Shown here piece after piece: positions 24,912 to 32,821 of a stretch of 32,821 nucleotides of DNA. Source of the stretch: Myxococcota bacterium (GTDB lineage Bacteria > Myxococcota_A > Bradymonadia > UBA7976 > UBA1532). The notes below the pieces were generated by a model, which saw only the letters and a list, made by a program, of their open reading frames with translations, did not search any database and was not told the origin of the DNA. The stretch spans positions 1-32,821 of the forward strand of contig JAYZEG010000015.1 of assembly GCA_036337435.1 (NCBI GenBank), given 5' to 3'. Within the stretch, counting starts at the first letter, position 1, and every line of letters begins with the position of its first letter. The translations under genes were made by a program, and so were the position numbers.

Positions 24912-27707
24912 ATGCTCAGGTTGTCAAAAATAGTTGGCCTATTGTGCGTCTTTGGGGCTTTCGGCTGTGGTCAAGATAACTCCAGTTCATCGAACGACCC
25001 CGGCTCACAAGAGACTGATCGGGGTATCGTCAATCAATTCGATGGAGGCCTTGACCCTGACTTAAGCATGATCAGTGACGCATCCAGCAATGATGCAGAA
25101 CAAGCTGATGGCACAGCGTCAGGTGATGCTGCAATCCAACTGGACGGCACTCGACCCCAACGAGACATGTTCATTCCAGTCGACATCACCTCCTGTGAGA
25201 CCGCTTGTGCTCGCTACGATGATTGCGGCAAGACAGCAGAGGTTTTTGGGAGCAGCGAGGCCTGCTTAAGTCAATGTGAAAGATTGACGCGAGAGGGTGA
25301 AAATACGGTCCAAAACTGGTGGGCCTGCGCCGGTAGTGAGAGCTGTAATCTCCTTCACCTCTGCCCTGTACCTGAGGTTGAACTTCTGGAATGCGCAGAA
25401 GTCTGCCAACTCATCGAAGGCTGCTCGATTGGGCTTGAAATCGCCGACTGTGCAACGGTCTGTGAAAGTGGTGGTGATGCCTTCAAAGGTTGTGCTGAGA
25501 CCCTCTACGGGGCTGAATGTGGAAATGATTCTTTCATCGCCTGTCTTGGCCGAGACGTCTACAACAATTGCGGCCGTTTTTGTGGGCCAGCCGTTGCCTG
25601 CAACGTCGTTCGGGCCGGTGAATGCGAGCGTGACTGCATCCAGGGCTATCTAAACGCCGACCCCCTGTCCAATGCCAATCAGGATCGACTGACCCAATGC
25701 GTAGTTGCATCGGACATGAACTGCGGTGACATTGACGACTGTCTCCAGCCGTTTTCCTTCGACCCGCCGAGTCTGATTCCCCAGGAAGATTTTTGCCGCG
25801 TCTACGATCAGTGTGACCTTGGCTTTTTGGATGGGGCCTGCGAGGACGACTACCAAAACCTGCTGATTCAAGCAGGCAGTTCAGCCATTGAGTGCGCGTA
25901 TAATTCGATGCGCGCGCAATGCCCCGACTTCTTTTTCGAGGTCGAGCAAATTTGCGAAAATGCGGCCAATACGCTGATTACAACGGCATGTAATCGATAC
26001 TGTGGCGCACAGAATCTGTGCGGGCAATTAGAGGGCGGCGTTCCCGCGTGCAATGAACAGTGCTTATCCGGCTTTGGAGATGACCCCGATGCAAACGAGC
26101 GCGTGTCGAGTGAGATCGGGTGTATCCGTGAAACCACGTGCGCTGAATTCTCGCAATGCGTTGAATTGGCCAGTCCAGCCGGCCAATGCCAACGCTTCTG
26201 TGATTCACGTGCCGCATGTGGTGACATTGAGGACGATTGTGTGGCGGCCTGCGATCAAACATGGCCGCGGGACCGCTATCAGAATTTGCGGGAATGTGTC
26301 GCAGCAGCTGCGGATGATTGTGATGCCGTGAATGCGTGTCAACTGGCACCAACCATTCCATGCGACAGCGCCTGTGCACGCCTACAAGAATGCGGAAACG
26401 CCAGTCCACGCTGCTTGGCAGCCTGCGATGACCTGCATGTACAAGAACCCATCGCTGCATCGCTCCAAATTGGCTGTATTCTTGCCGCAGATGTATGCCA
26501 ACCCGAGGAGGGTGTTCTCAGTGTCCAGGACTGCCTCCAAGACCCTGAAGCAGCAGGCCGGGCCTGCCTGAATTTCTGCCGGTCAGAAACCGATTGTAAT
26601 CCAGCTGCTGACCTGTCGACCTGCCTGACGCGATGTGTTTCAGGTTTTGGGGATGTCAACGGTCTCAGATTTGCGCAGGCAGAAGAGTGCTTAGACATGG
26701 CGGCAAGCGACGCAGCCTGTGCGGTGATCGATGACTGTATTCCAGCTGAACCTGTCATCGACTGCGCAGGCTATTGTGACCAACTCAATGCTTGCCAAAT
26801 CGATCAAGCAGACTGTCTGGCCCAATGCGAGGCGGAACCGCCTGTCGATCGAATGGGATGCGTTGCAGACGCCATTAGAACCGGACAGCAATGTGGCGGC
26901 GTTGCGACCTGTGAGGGTGTGGAACCACCCGCTGCCAGCGCAGCATGTAATGAATACTGCGGCTATCAAAAAGCGTGTGATCGCACCTTCGACACCTATC
27001 TCTGTCAACTCGCTTGTACTCCTGATCCTCAGTACCTAAATGTCAGGAATGCTTGTTTGGGTGCATCGAGATGTGACCAGGGTGCCTGTCTCGAACTGGA
27101 CGGCGCACTCAGTGCTGATTGCCAGAACGCCTGCCTAACAGCCGTTGCCTGCGGTGCATTTCCTGATGCACAAACGTGTGGTGAGAGCTGTACTGGTGTT
27201 GTCGCGAGCCCCAATTCACCAGACGATTTAATGGAGCGAATCAATGGATGCCTGGGCGAAGTGCGAACACCAATGGGCTGTGATGCTGATGCGGCTGCCC
27301 AGTGCTTTCAACCGGCCTACTGTGAAGCAGTGCCCGATGTCATTTTTGCACCTCGGGAGGGTGGACGCATCGACTACGATACCACCGATCAACCATCGGC
27401 AGGACGCCTCTCGTGCGGCGGTGGTGGAGGCCAACAGGTGGTTGTTGTCACAATCGACCGACAGTCCAATGCATCCTTTAGTGTCGTCAACCACAACTAT
27501 GACCCGCTCATCGAACTGCGAGGTGAATGCGATGTCGCGGCCAGCGCGATTGAATGCAATGATGACAGCAATGGACTGGCGTCGCGAATCCCCCGAGGTG
27601 ATGGCACAATCTTACTGGAAGCCGGAATTTACTACCTCTATCTCGACGGCTTTGGTGGACGGGCCGGTACAGGAACCATCGATATTCAAATTCAACCTGT
27701 GAACTAA
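24912..27707 (+). CDS. Large Cys-rich repeat lipoprotein with C-terminal PPC-like beta domain
   Basis: GGGAGA before ATG 24912; lipobox AFGC; acidic linker; 11 Cys repeats; C-terminal 'DPLIELR...CNDD...LEAGIYYLYLDG'. Confidence 0.85.
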   Translation: MLRLSKIVGLLCVFGAFGCGQDNSSSSNDPGSQETDRGIVNQFDGGLDPDLSMISDASSNDAEQADGTASGDAAIQLDGTRPQRDMFIPVDITSCETACARYDDCGKTAEVFGSSEACLSQCERLTREGENTVQNWWACAGSESCNLLHLCPVPEVELLECAEVCQLIEGCSIGLEIADCATVCESGGDAFKGCAETLYGAECGNDSFIACLGRDVYNNCGRFCGPAVACNVVRAGECERDCIQGYLNADPLSNANQDRLTQCVVASDMNCGDIDDCLQPFSFDPPSLIPQEDFCRVYDQCDLGFLDGACEDDYQNLLIQAGSSAIECAYNSMRAQCPDFFFEVEQICENAANTLITTACNRYCGAQNLCGQLEGGVPACNEQCLSGFGDDPDANERVSSEIGCIRETTCAEFSQCVELASPAGQCQRFCDSRAACGDIEDDCVAACDQTWPRDRYQNLRECVAAAADDCDAVNACQLAPTIPCDSACARLQECGNASPRCLAACDDLHVQEPIAASLQIGCILAADVCQPEEGVLSVQDCLQDPEAAGRACLNFCRSETDCNPAADLSTCLTRCVSGFGDVNGLRFAQAEECLDMAASDAACAVIDDCIPAEPVIDCAGYCDQLNACQIDQADCLAQCEAEPPVDRMGCVADAIRTGQQCGGVATCEGVEPPAASAACNEYCGYQKACDRTFDTYLCQLACTPDPQYLNVRNACLGASRCDQGACLELDGALSADCQNACLTAVACGAFPDAQTCGESCTGVVASPNSPDDLMERINGCLGEVRTPMGCDADAAAQCFQPAYCEAVPDVIFAPREGGRIDYDTTDQPSAGRLSCGGGGGQQVVVVTIDRQSNASFSVVNHNYDPLIELRGECDVAASAIECNDDSNGLASRIPRGDGTILLEAGIYYLYLDGFGGRAGTGTIDIQIQPVN
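25194..27305 (+). repeat. 11 tandem protein-level repeats of about 50-65 aa, pattern CxxxCx5C...CxxxC...C...C...C
   Basis: Counted in the translation: ten units with 8 Cys and one with 6. Confidence 0.85.
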
Positions 27708-28300
27708 TGCATACAACAGAGGCCCAGATGCAGAATCTGGTAGTCAGGCATCTGTACCTTGGCCTGTTGTTTTGTATGTGTCTGACTGCTGGTTGTGGCG
27801 AGGACACCGATGACCCACCACTGCCAGCGCGGTCGCTCATCGATCATTTTGCTTGGAGTCCCCTTCAGACGAATACATACCCCCATCCAATAGACTCGAG
27901 TGAAATCGTCCCCTGCCTGATGGGTGATGGCATCCGGTTCGAGGCCTTGGGCGGTGAGAGCACGCTCGCTGTCGATACTGATGACTGTAACTTCGCTTAC
28001 ATGACCCAACCGAGTCTGAGCGCGGTTCGCAGGGGCGAGAACATCGCGCTTCGACTTTGGAATTGGCAACTGACGGCCCCAAATAATGCGACGGCCAAAC
28101 TGTCCGTGGAAATTGGATCGCATTTGCTGTGGTCTGAGGCTATCGATATCCCAAATAACAGTTCAATTCATGCTCTAAACTGGACGGCCCCAGAGTGTAT
28201 TCCCGAAGGCACACCGATTCGGTTCTTCGTGAGCAATCACGGTCAGAATGAGTATAATTTCATTGAACTGACAGCAGGGAAAACCCTCCAATTAGACTGA
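27707..28300 (+). CDS. Hypothetical lipoprotein coupled to the Cys-rich gene
   Basis: TAATG stop/start overlap; lipobox LTAGC; beta-rich body with NHGQNEY. Start may be 27728. Confidence 0.72.
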   Translation: MHTTEAQMQNLVVRHLYLGLLFCMCLTAGCGEDTDDPPLPARSLIDHFAWSPLQTNTYPHPIDSSEIVPCLMGDGIRFEALGGESTLAVDTDDCNFAYMTQPSLSAVRRGENIALRLWNWQLTAPNNATAKLSVEIGSHLLWSEAIDIPNNSSIHALNWTAPECIPEGTPIRFFVSNHGQNEYNFIELTAGKTLQLD

Positions 28301-28311
28301 CCGCGCGTCGG

Positions 28312-29844
28312 TCAAGATCGCGGCTCAAACTCAAGATCAAACTTGATGCCCTGGGCGAGTGGTAATTGTCGCCCCCAATTGATGGTGTTGGTCTGACGCC
28401 GCATATAGGCCTTCCATGCATCCGAACCCGACTCTCGTCCACCTCCAGTATCTTTCTCCCCCCCAAAAGCACCTCCAATCTCTGCACCAGAGGTACCAAT
28501 GTTAATGTTGGCGATTCCACAATCGCTGCCCCGACTCGATAGGAACAACTCTGATTGCCGCAAGTCGGTTGTAAAGAGTGCACTGGATAGCCCATGTGAA
28601 ACGGAATTATTCTCGCGAATGGCCGTCTCCAGATCATCGTGAATGATGACGTATAAAATGGGTGCGAAGGTCTCTTCTTTGACAACGGACCAATGGGCTT
28701 CAGCCTGGATGATGGTTGGCTCCACAAAGTGGCCCGGTCGATCGATCCTCTGTCCGCCATACAGGACCGTGCCACCAGCCGCTTTGGCCCGTTCGACGGT
28801 TGCTTCAAAACGAGCACATGCCGTTTCATCGATGAGTGGTCCCATCAGTGTCTGCGGCTCGCTCGGGTCCCCTACACGGACCTGCGCATAGGCAGATTTC
28901 AGGGTTTCAATCACGCCATCCGCAGAGGCCCGATCGACAAATAAACGCCTTGTTGTCGTACACCGCTGCCCCGCCGTTCCGACCGCCCCAAAAACCAGTG
29001 CAGGCAAGGCAACTTTAAGATCGGCCGACCGGTCGAGAATCAGCGCATTATTTCCACCCAACTCAAGCAGACACTTTCCGAGACGCCGACCCACGATAGC
29101 CGCAACCTCGCGCCCGACTTCGGTGGAGCCTGTAAATGACACCAGCCGAATCCGCTTGTCGTCTACGAACTGCTTGGACACCCCGTGTTCGTCGTCATTG
29201 AAGAGCATGAAGATGGGTGGGTAGCCATTGTCATGGAGAACTCGGTTGCAAATGATCTGCAATGCAAGAGCACAGAGAGGCGTTTTCGGAGAGGGTTTCC
29301 AAATGGTCACGTTGCCACAAATCGCCGAAATGCAAGCATTCCAAGCCCAAACGGCCATTGGAAAATTAAACGCAGTGATCACACCGATGACACCGAGTGG
29401 ATGCCACTGTTCATACATTCGATGTTCCGGTCGCTCAGAGTGCATTGAACGTCCATACAGCATGCGACTTTGGCCCAGCGCGAAGTCGGCTATATCGATG
29501 GCTTCTTGAACCTCGCCTTCCCCTTCGGCGAGAATCTTGCCCATCTCTAAGCTGATTAATTGGCCAAGTTCCGATTTGTGTTCTCTGAGAGCTTGCCCGA
29601 TTAACCGGATCGCTTCGCCTCGCTGCGGGGCGGGTACATCGGCCCATTGCGTAGCCACACCCTGCGCATGCTCAACCAATCTTTCATATTCTGCGGACGT
29701 TGTTGCGCAAACTCGACCAAGACGTTGGCCTGTCGATGGATTATAAGAGGTAATCCATCTTTCACCATCTGCACTCCACAGATTTGGTCCGAGGCAAGTT
29801 CCGGCATTCTCTTCGTTAAGGCCAAGTTTTTGCAGCACACTCAT
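28312..29844 (-). CDS. Aldehyde dehydrogenase family 7 (piperideine-6-carboxylate / alpha-aminoadipic semialdehyde dehydrogenase-like)
   Basis: AFNFP, WKPS, FTGST, LELGGNN, GQRCTT (catalytic Cys), ETFAPILY, and the ALDH7-typical [33 protein letters not shown] before ATG 29844. Confidence 0.93.
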   Translation of the reverse strand: MSVLQKLGLNEENAGTCLGPNLWSADGERWITSYNPSTGQRLGRVCATTSAEYERLVEHAQGVATQWADVPAPQRGEAIRLIGQALREHKSELGQLISLEMGKILAEGEGEVQEAIDIADFALGQSRMLYGRSMHSERPEHRMYEQWHPLGVIGVITAFNFPMAVWAWNACISAICGNVTIWKPSPKTPLCALALQIICNRVLHDNGYPPIFMLFNDDEHGVSKQFVDDKRIRLVSFTGSTEVGREVAAIVGRRLGKCLLELGGNNALILDRSADLKVALPALVFGAVGTAGQRCTTTRRLFVDRASADGVIETLKSAYAQVRVGDPSEPQTLMGPLIDETACARFEATVERAKAAGGTVLYGGQRIDRPGHFVEPTIIQAEAHWSVVKEETFAPILYVIIHDDLETAIRENNSVSHGLSSALFTTDLRQSELFLSSRGSDCGIANINIGTSGAEIGGAFGGEKDTGGGRESGSDAWKAYMRRQTNTINWGRQLPLAQGIKFDLEFEPRS

Positions 29845-29960
29845 CACATCCTCCACAACATCATTTCGCTCAAGGGTTACGTTGGTTTAAGCTCATGGTC
29901 AATGGGTCTGAGGTTATCGCCTTAGCCTGAACAAATCGGCGGCTAATTTTGGAGAGTCCA

Positions 29961-32429
29961 ATGAATCGAATCTTAATCAGCTCGATAATCCTCAGCCTTC
30001 TGATCGCTTGCAACGAGGGTGAGGACTCTCAAACCATGGCACCTATGGAGCAGGACGCAACAGCCTCGGACAGCGGCCTACTCATCGACTTGGATTTACC
30101 CGAGGCAGATTCGGAACAGAACGACGGAGAATCAACACCAGATTCGGCGGTTGATGGCTCAATACCGAACGAGCCAGAACAACCCGAAGCGACCAATGGA
30201 CTCGAGCCCGTCAACGTCTCTACTTGGATGCGAGGTCTTCCCCCCAGCGATAGCGATCCGCTCTTTGACAAATATGAAATGGGCGAGGTGAACTACCCGG
30301 TTGCAAACAATGTCGGTGATGAAGATGGCGTTCGCTGGTTTGCCCAAGAGAGTGACGAAGATGGGACGCTATCGCGGTTTGGAATCACCCGTGGATATGC
30401 TGTGGCACAAATCGAAACACAGCCCTTCGAGCGGCTTGTGATTCGAGCTGACCGGGTCAGTCAAATTTGGACCCCACTGAGCGTACAACCAGGCGATTTC
30501 TACGGGTCCGGTCGCGCACTCGCACCTCTTTTGCATCGGGGAAATAAACTCACGGTGGCCATATTGGCTGACCCTCGACGGGGTCTGCCTAGGTTAAGGC
30601 TCTATAAGACAACCGATGAAATCACATTTAATGTCGACGACATTACACGACCCGACCTTCTGGCAGGCGACATGGAAGCACTGCCAATTGGTGTACCCAT
30701 CTTAAATCTCCTGCCGAAGACACTCACCAATGTTCAGGCACGTGTGATTGAAAATAATTGGGTATCAGACACCACCATTACACTCCCGGGTCTTGTCCCT
30801 GGGAGCGTGAGTCACCTGGCATTCGAAATCGCGCCAAAATCAGAGTGGCCGGAGCCGGGCACCGAGATCGAACTCACTTTGGAGGTGCATGCCGACGAGT
30901 TAGTCAATCGCTATCAGCGCACGATCACATTGACCACCATCGATCCAAACGAAACCCACCGGCGAAGCTTTATTTCGCCTGTGGACGGATCAGTTCAATA
31001 CTACGGGGTAAGACCGCCGTCATCAGTCAATCCAGAGCGAACCTACGCAGCCGTCTTGTCATTGCATGGTGCGAGCGTTGAGGCCATTGGGCAAGCACGT
31101 GCCTACTCAGCCAAGCAATGGGCTTATATCATCGCACCAACCAATCGGAGACCTTTTGGATTTGACTGGGAAGAATGGGGCCGTCTCAATGCGCTGGCAT
31201 CCCTGGACGATGCAATGAATCGCTACGACATAAATCCCAGTAAAGTTTATCTCACGGGTCACTCTATGGGCGGCCATGGCACCTGGCATGTTGGTGTCAC
31301 AACACCTGGACGATTCGCCACACTGGGTCCAAGTGCCGGTTGGGAATCTTTTTATAGCTATGGTGGCAGCCGACGGCCCAACGGGCCTGTCGCTCGTTCG
31401 AGAGCACATTCGGATACCCTAAACTACCTGTCCAATATTGCCCAACGCGGCGTGTACATTATCCACGGTGATGCCGATGACAACGTCCCGATTTCTGAGG
31501 GTCGGACTATGTATCAAGCAGCCATGATGCATACCCCTGACATCGAAATGCACGAACAGCCCGGCGCGGGTCATTGGTGGGACGGAGAAGCTGCGGCTGG
31601 CGCGGACTGTGTCGATTGGCCTCCCCTATTTCAGTTCATGAAAAGGCGGCAACTCGACCCATGGGAAAGTAACTTTGTATTTCGATCGCCAAGCGCCTCG
31701 TACAGTGGAAAGCACAGTTTCATCGAACTCCTGTCCAGTGTGTCACCAGACGCAGATCTTGAGGTTCAGGCAAGTTCAGTGGGCCCTCTCCTCGAAATCA
31801 CAACACAAAATGTCCGATCGATGCGATTCGACCGAGCAGGCTTGAGAGAGGCAGGTATTGAGGAAATCAATGTTGATGGGGTGGCACTAGAATTGACTGA
31901 CGATGATCTGATTTGGGGCCCTGAAAATGGGAAACGGCCTGGACAGCATGGTCCATTCAATGAGGCTTTTAGGCGACCCTTTTGCTACGTTTACGAGGGT
32001 GACGGGGGTCAAGATGCCAGGACTGCCGGCTTTTACAGCACGTATTGGGCCTTGATCGGAAATGGTCAGTCCTGTGGGGTCGAAGTCAGTCGAATGACCG
32101 AAGATAACCTTTCAGGCCGAAATCTCATCCGACTCGGTGATACAGCCCTAGAGATCGCCCAAGAGATCTTTCAATGGGATGAAGACGGCATCATCTTTGA
32201 CGGAAGGCAACAGCCAAATTCAGCCCTCGTTTTTGTGTACCCAGAAGGCGATGGGCTCTCTGCAGGATTAGTGGCTGCAGAGCCTGTGAAGCACTATTTG
32301 CGTCAGGTTGTGCCATTTAGCTCAAGGAGTGGTTTACCAGACTACCTTATCTTTGGTGCAAATGGTGCGAGTCTTATCGGCCATTTTGATAGCGAGTGGA
32401 ATTTTGAACCGTCCTATGCTCGCCCGTAG
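29961..32429 (+). CDS. Secreted lipoprotein alpha/beta hydrolase (esterase / prolyl oligopeptidase-like)
   Basis: GGAGA before ATG 29961; lipobox LLIAC; SLHGA, nucleophile elbow GHSMGG, HGDADDNVP (Asp), GAGHWW (His). Confidence 0.85.
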   Translation: MNRILISSIILSLLIACNEGEDSQTMAPMEQDATASDSGLLIDLDLPEADSEQNDGESTPDSAVDGSIPNEPEQPEATNGLEPVNVSTWMRGLPPSDSDPLFDKYEMGEVNYPVANNVGDEDGVRWFAQESDEDGTLSRFGITRGYAVAQIETQPFERLVIRADRVSQIWTPLSVQPGDFYGSGRALAPLLHRGNKLTVAILADPRRGLPRLRLYKTTDEITFNVDDITRPDLLAGDMEALPIGVPILNLLPKTLTNVQARVIENNWVSDTTITLPGLVPGSVSHLAFEIAPKSEWPEPGTEIELTLEVHADELVNRYQRTITLTTIDPNETHRRSFISPVDGSVQYYGVRPPSSVNPERTYAAVLSLHGASVEAIGQARAYSAKQWAYIIAPTNRRPFGFDWEEWGRLNALASLDDAMNRYDINPSKVYLTGHSMGGHGTWHVGVTTPGRFATLGPSAGWESFYSYGGSRRPNGPVARSRAHSDTLNYLSNIAQRGVYIIHGDADDNVPISEGRTMYQAAMMHTPDIEMHEQPGAGHWWDGEAAAGADCVDWPPLFQFMKRRQLDPWESNFVFRSPSASYSGKHSFIELLSSVSPDADLEVQASSVGPLLEITTQNVRSMRFDRAGLREAGIEEINVDGVALELTDDDLIWGPENGKRPGQHGPFNEAFRRPFCYVYEGDGGQDARTAGFYSTYWALIGNGQSCGVEVSRMTEDNLSGRNLIRLGDTALEIAQEIFQWDEDGIIFDGRQQPNSALVFVYPEGDGLSAGLVAAEPVKHYLRQVVPFSSRSGLPDYLIFGANGASLIGHFDSEWNFEPSYARP

Positions 32430-32523
32430 TGCATCGGATTCACGATTGCGAAAACTGGGGCTGGACATCTGAGTCATCATCGTCCAAATTCGCCCTGAAA
32501 CCAATGACTTGAGGAGTGCTGCC

Positions 32524-32821
32524 ATGAGCGGTCAGATCGCAATTTATCGCTTAGCCCGAGAGCTGGGGAAAAAATCTACAGAGTTGGTAAAAGAGATTAA
32601 TGCAAGTGCGCTGCCATTGACGGTGAAATCGCACATGAGTTTTGTATCTCTGTCGGACGCTGAAAATATCCGTGGCCTGTACAAACCAGCCACAAAGAAA
32701 GCGGCTGCAAAGGCCGCTCCGAAGAAAGCCGCTCCGAAGAAAGCAGCTCCGAAGAAAGCCCCTCCCAACACAGCCGCTCCGAAGAAACCCGCTCCAACGA
32801 AAGACGCTGCAAAGGCTGCCC
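32524..32821 (+). CDS. IF2_N-domain protein with Ala/Pro/Lys repeats (translation initiation factor IF-2 or another IF2_N protein), truncated by the window end
   Basis: GAGGAG SD then ATG 32524: MSGQIAIYRLARELGKKSTELVKEINASALPLTVKSHMSFVS..., matching the IF2_N pattern; open to the edge; absent from the ORF track. Confidence 0.75.
   Translation, partial: MSGQIAIYRLARELGKKSTELVKEINASALPLTVKSHMSFVSLSDAENIRGLYKPATKKAAAKAAPKKAAPKKAAPKKAPPNTAAPKKPAPTKDAAKAA
32713..32802 (+). repeat. 15-bp tandem repeat (GCCGCTCCGAAGAAA) encoding AAPKK, six copies, some degenerate
   Basis: Units at 32713, 32728, 32743, 32758, 32773 and 32788. Confidence 0.9.

Noticed and set aside
24912..27707. Cys-rich protein as a multiheme cytochrome or Fe-S protein
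   Set aside because: No CxxCH or ferredoxin-type spacing; exported, with even Cys counts per unit, which favours disulfides.
28260..28829. 189-aa alternative-frame ORF and other short ORFs nested in long genes
   Set aside because: Almost entirely overlap well-supported CDSs (here ALDH7) and show no motifs.
32713..32802. Possible CRISPR array
   Set aside because: 15-bp head-to-tail units with no spacers, in frame within a CDS; no cas genes.
32544..32812. Minus-strand ORFs with FFGAA / LSSER repeats
   Set aside because: Antisense shadows of the + strand AAPKK-coding repeat, which has an SD and an IF2_N-like start.

Overview
Gene-dense bacterial chromosomal window with no mobile elements, rRNA/tRNA or CRISPR seen. 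Many lipoproteins with acidic linkers, Cys-rich repeats and a MYXO-CTERM-like tail suggest a Myxococcota/deltaproteobacterial organism (inference). In order: asparagine synthetase (asnB); TetR plus fatty-acid hydroxylase with a palindromic operator; a secreted protein; an octaheme cytochrome c-TPR lipoprotein; a 10-gene non-canonical Mrp cation/H+ antiporter operon (E-F-G-DUF4040-B-C-D-D/A-small-D); a monoheme/FG-GAP/TPR lipoprotein; a SpoIID/LytB surface protein; a Cys-rich thioredoxin-like lipoprotein; DUF962; a CehA/McbA-like metallohydrolase; a FadR-like regulator with a perfect palindrome; a lipoprotein with 11 tandem 8-Cys repeats; ALDH7; a secreted alpha/beta hydrolase; and a truncated IF2_N + AAPKK-repeat ORF missing from the ORF track. 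The best candidate for an undescribed system is the three-pump Mrp module bracketed by two c-type cytochrome/TPR lipoproteins. All family calls come from motif recognition by eye; no searches were run.
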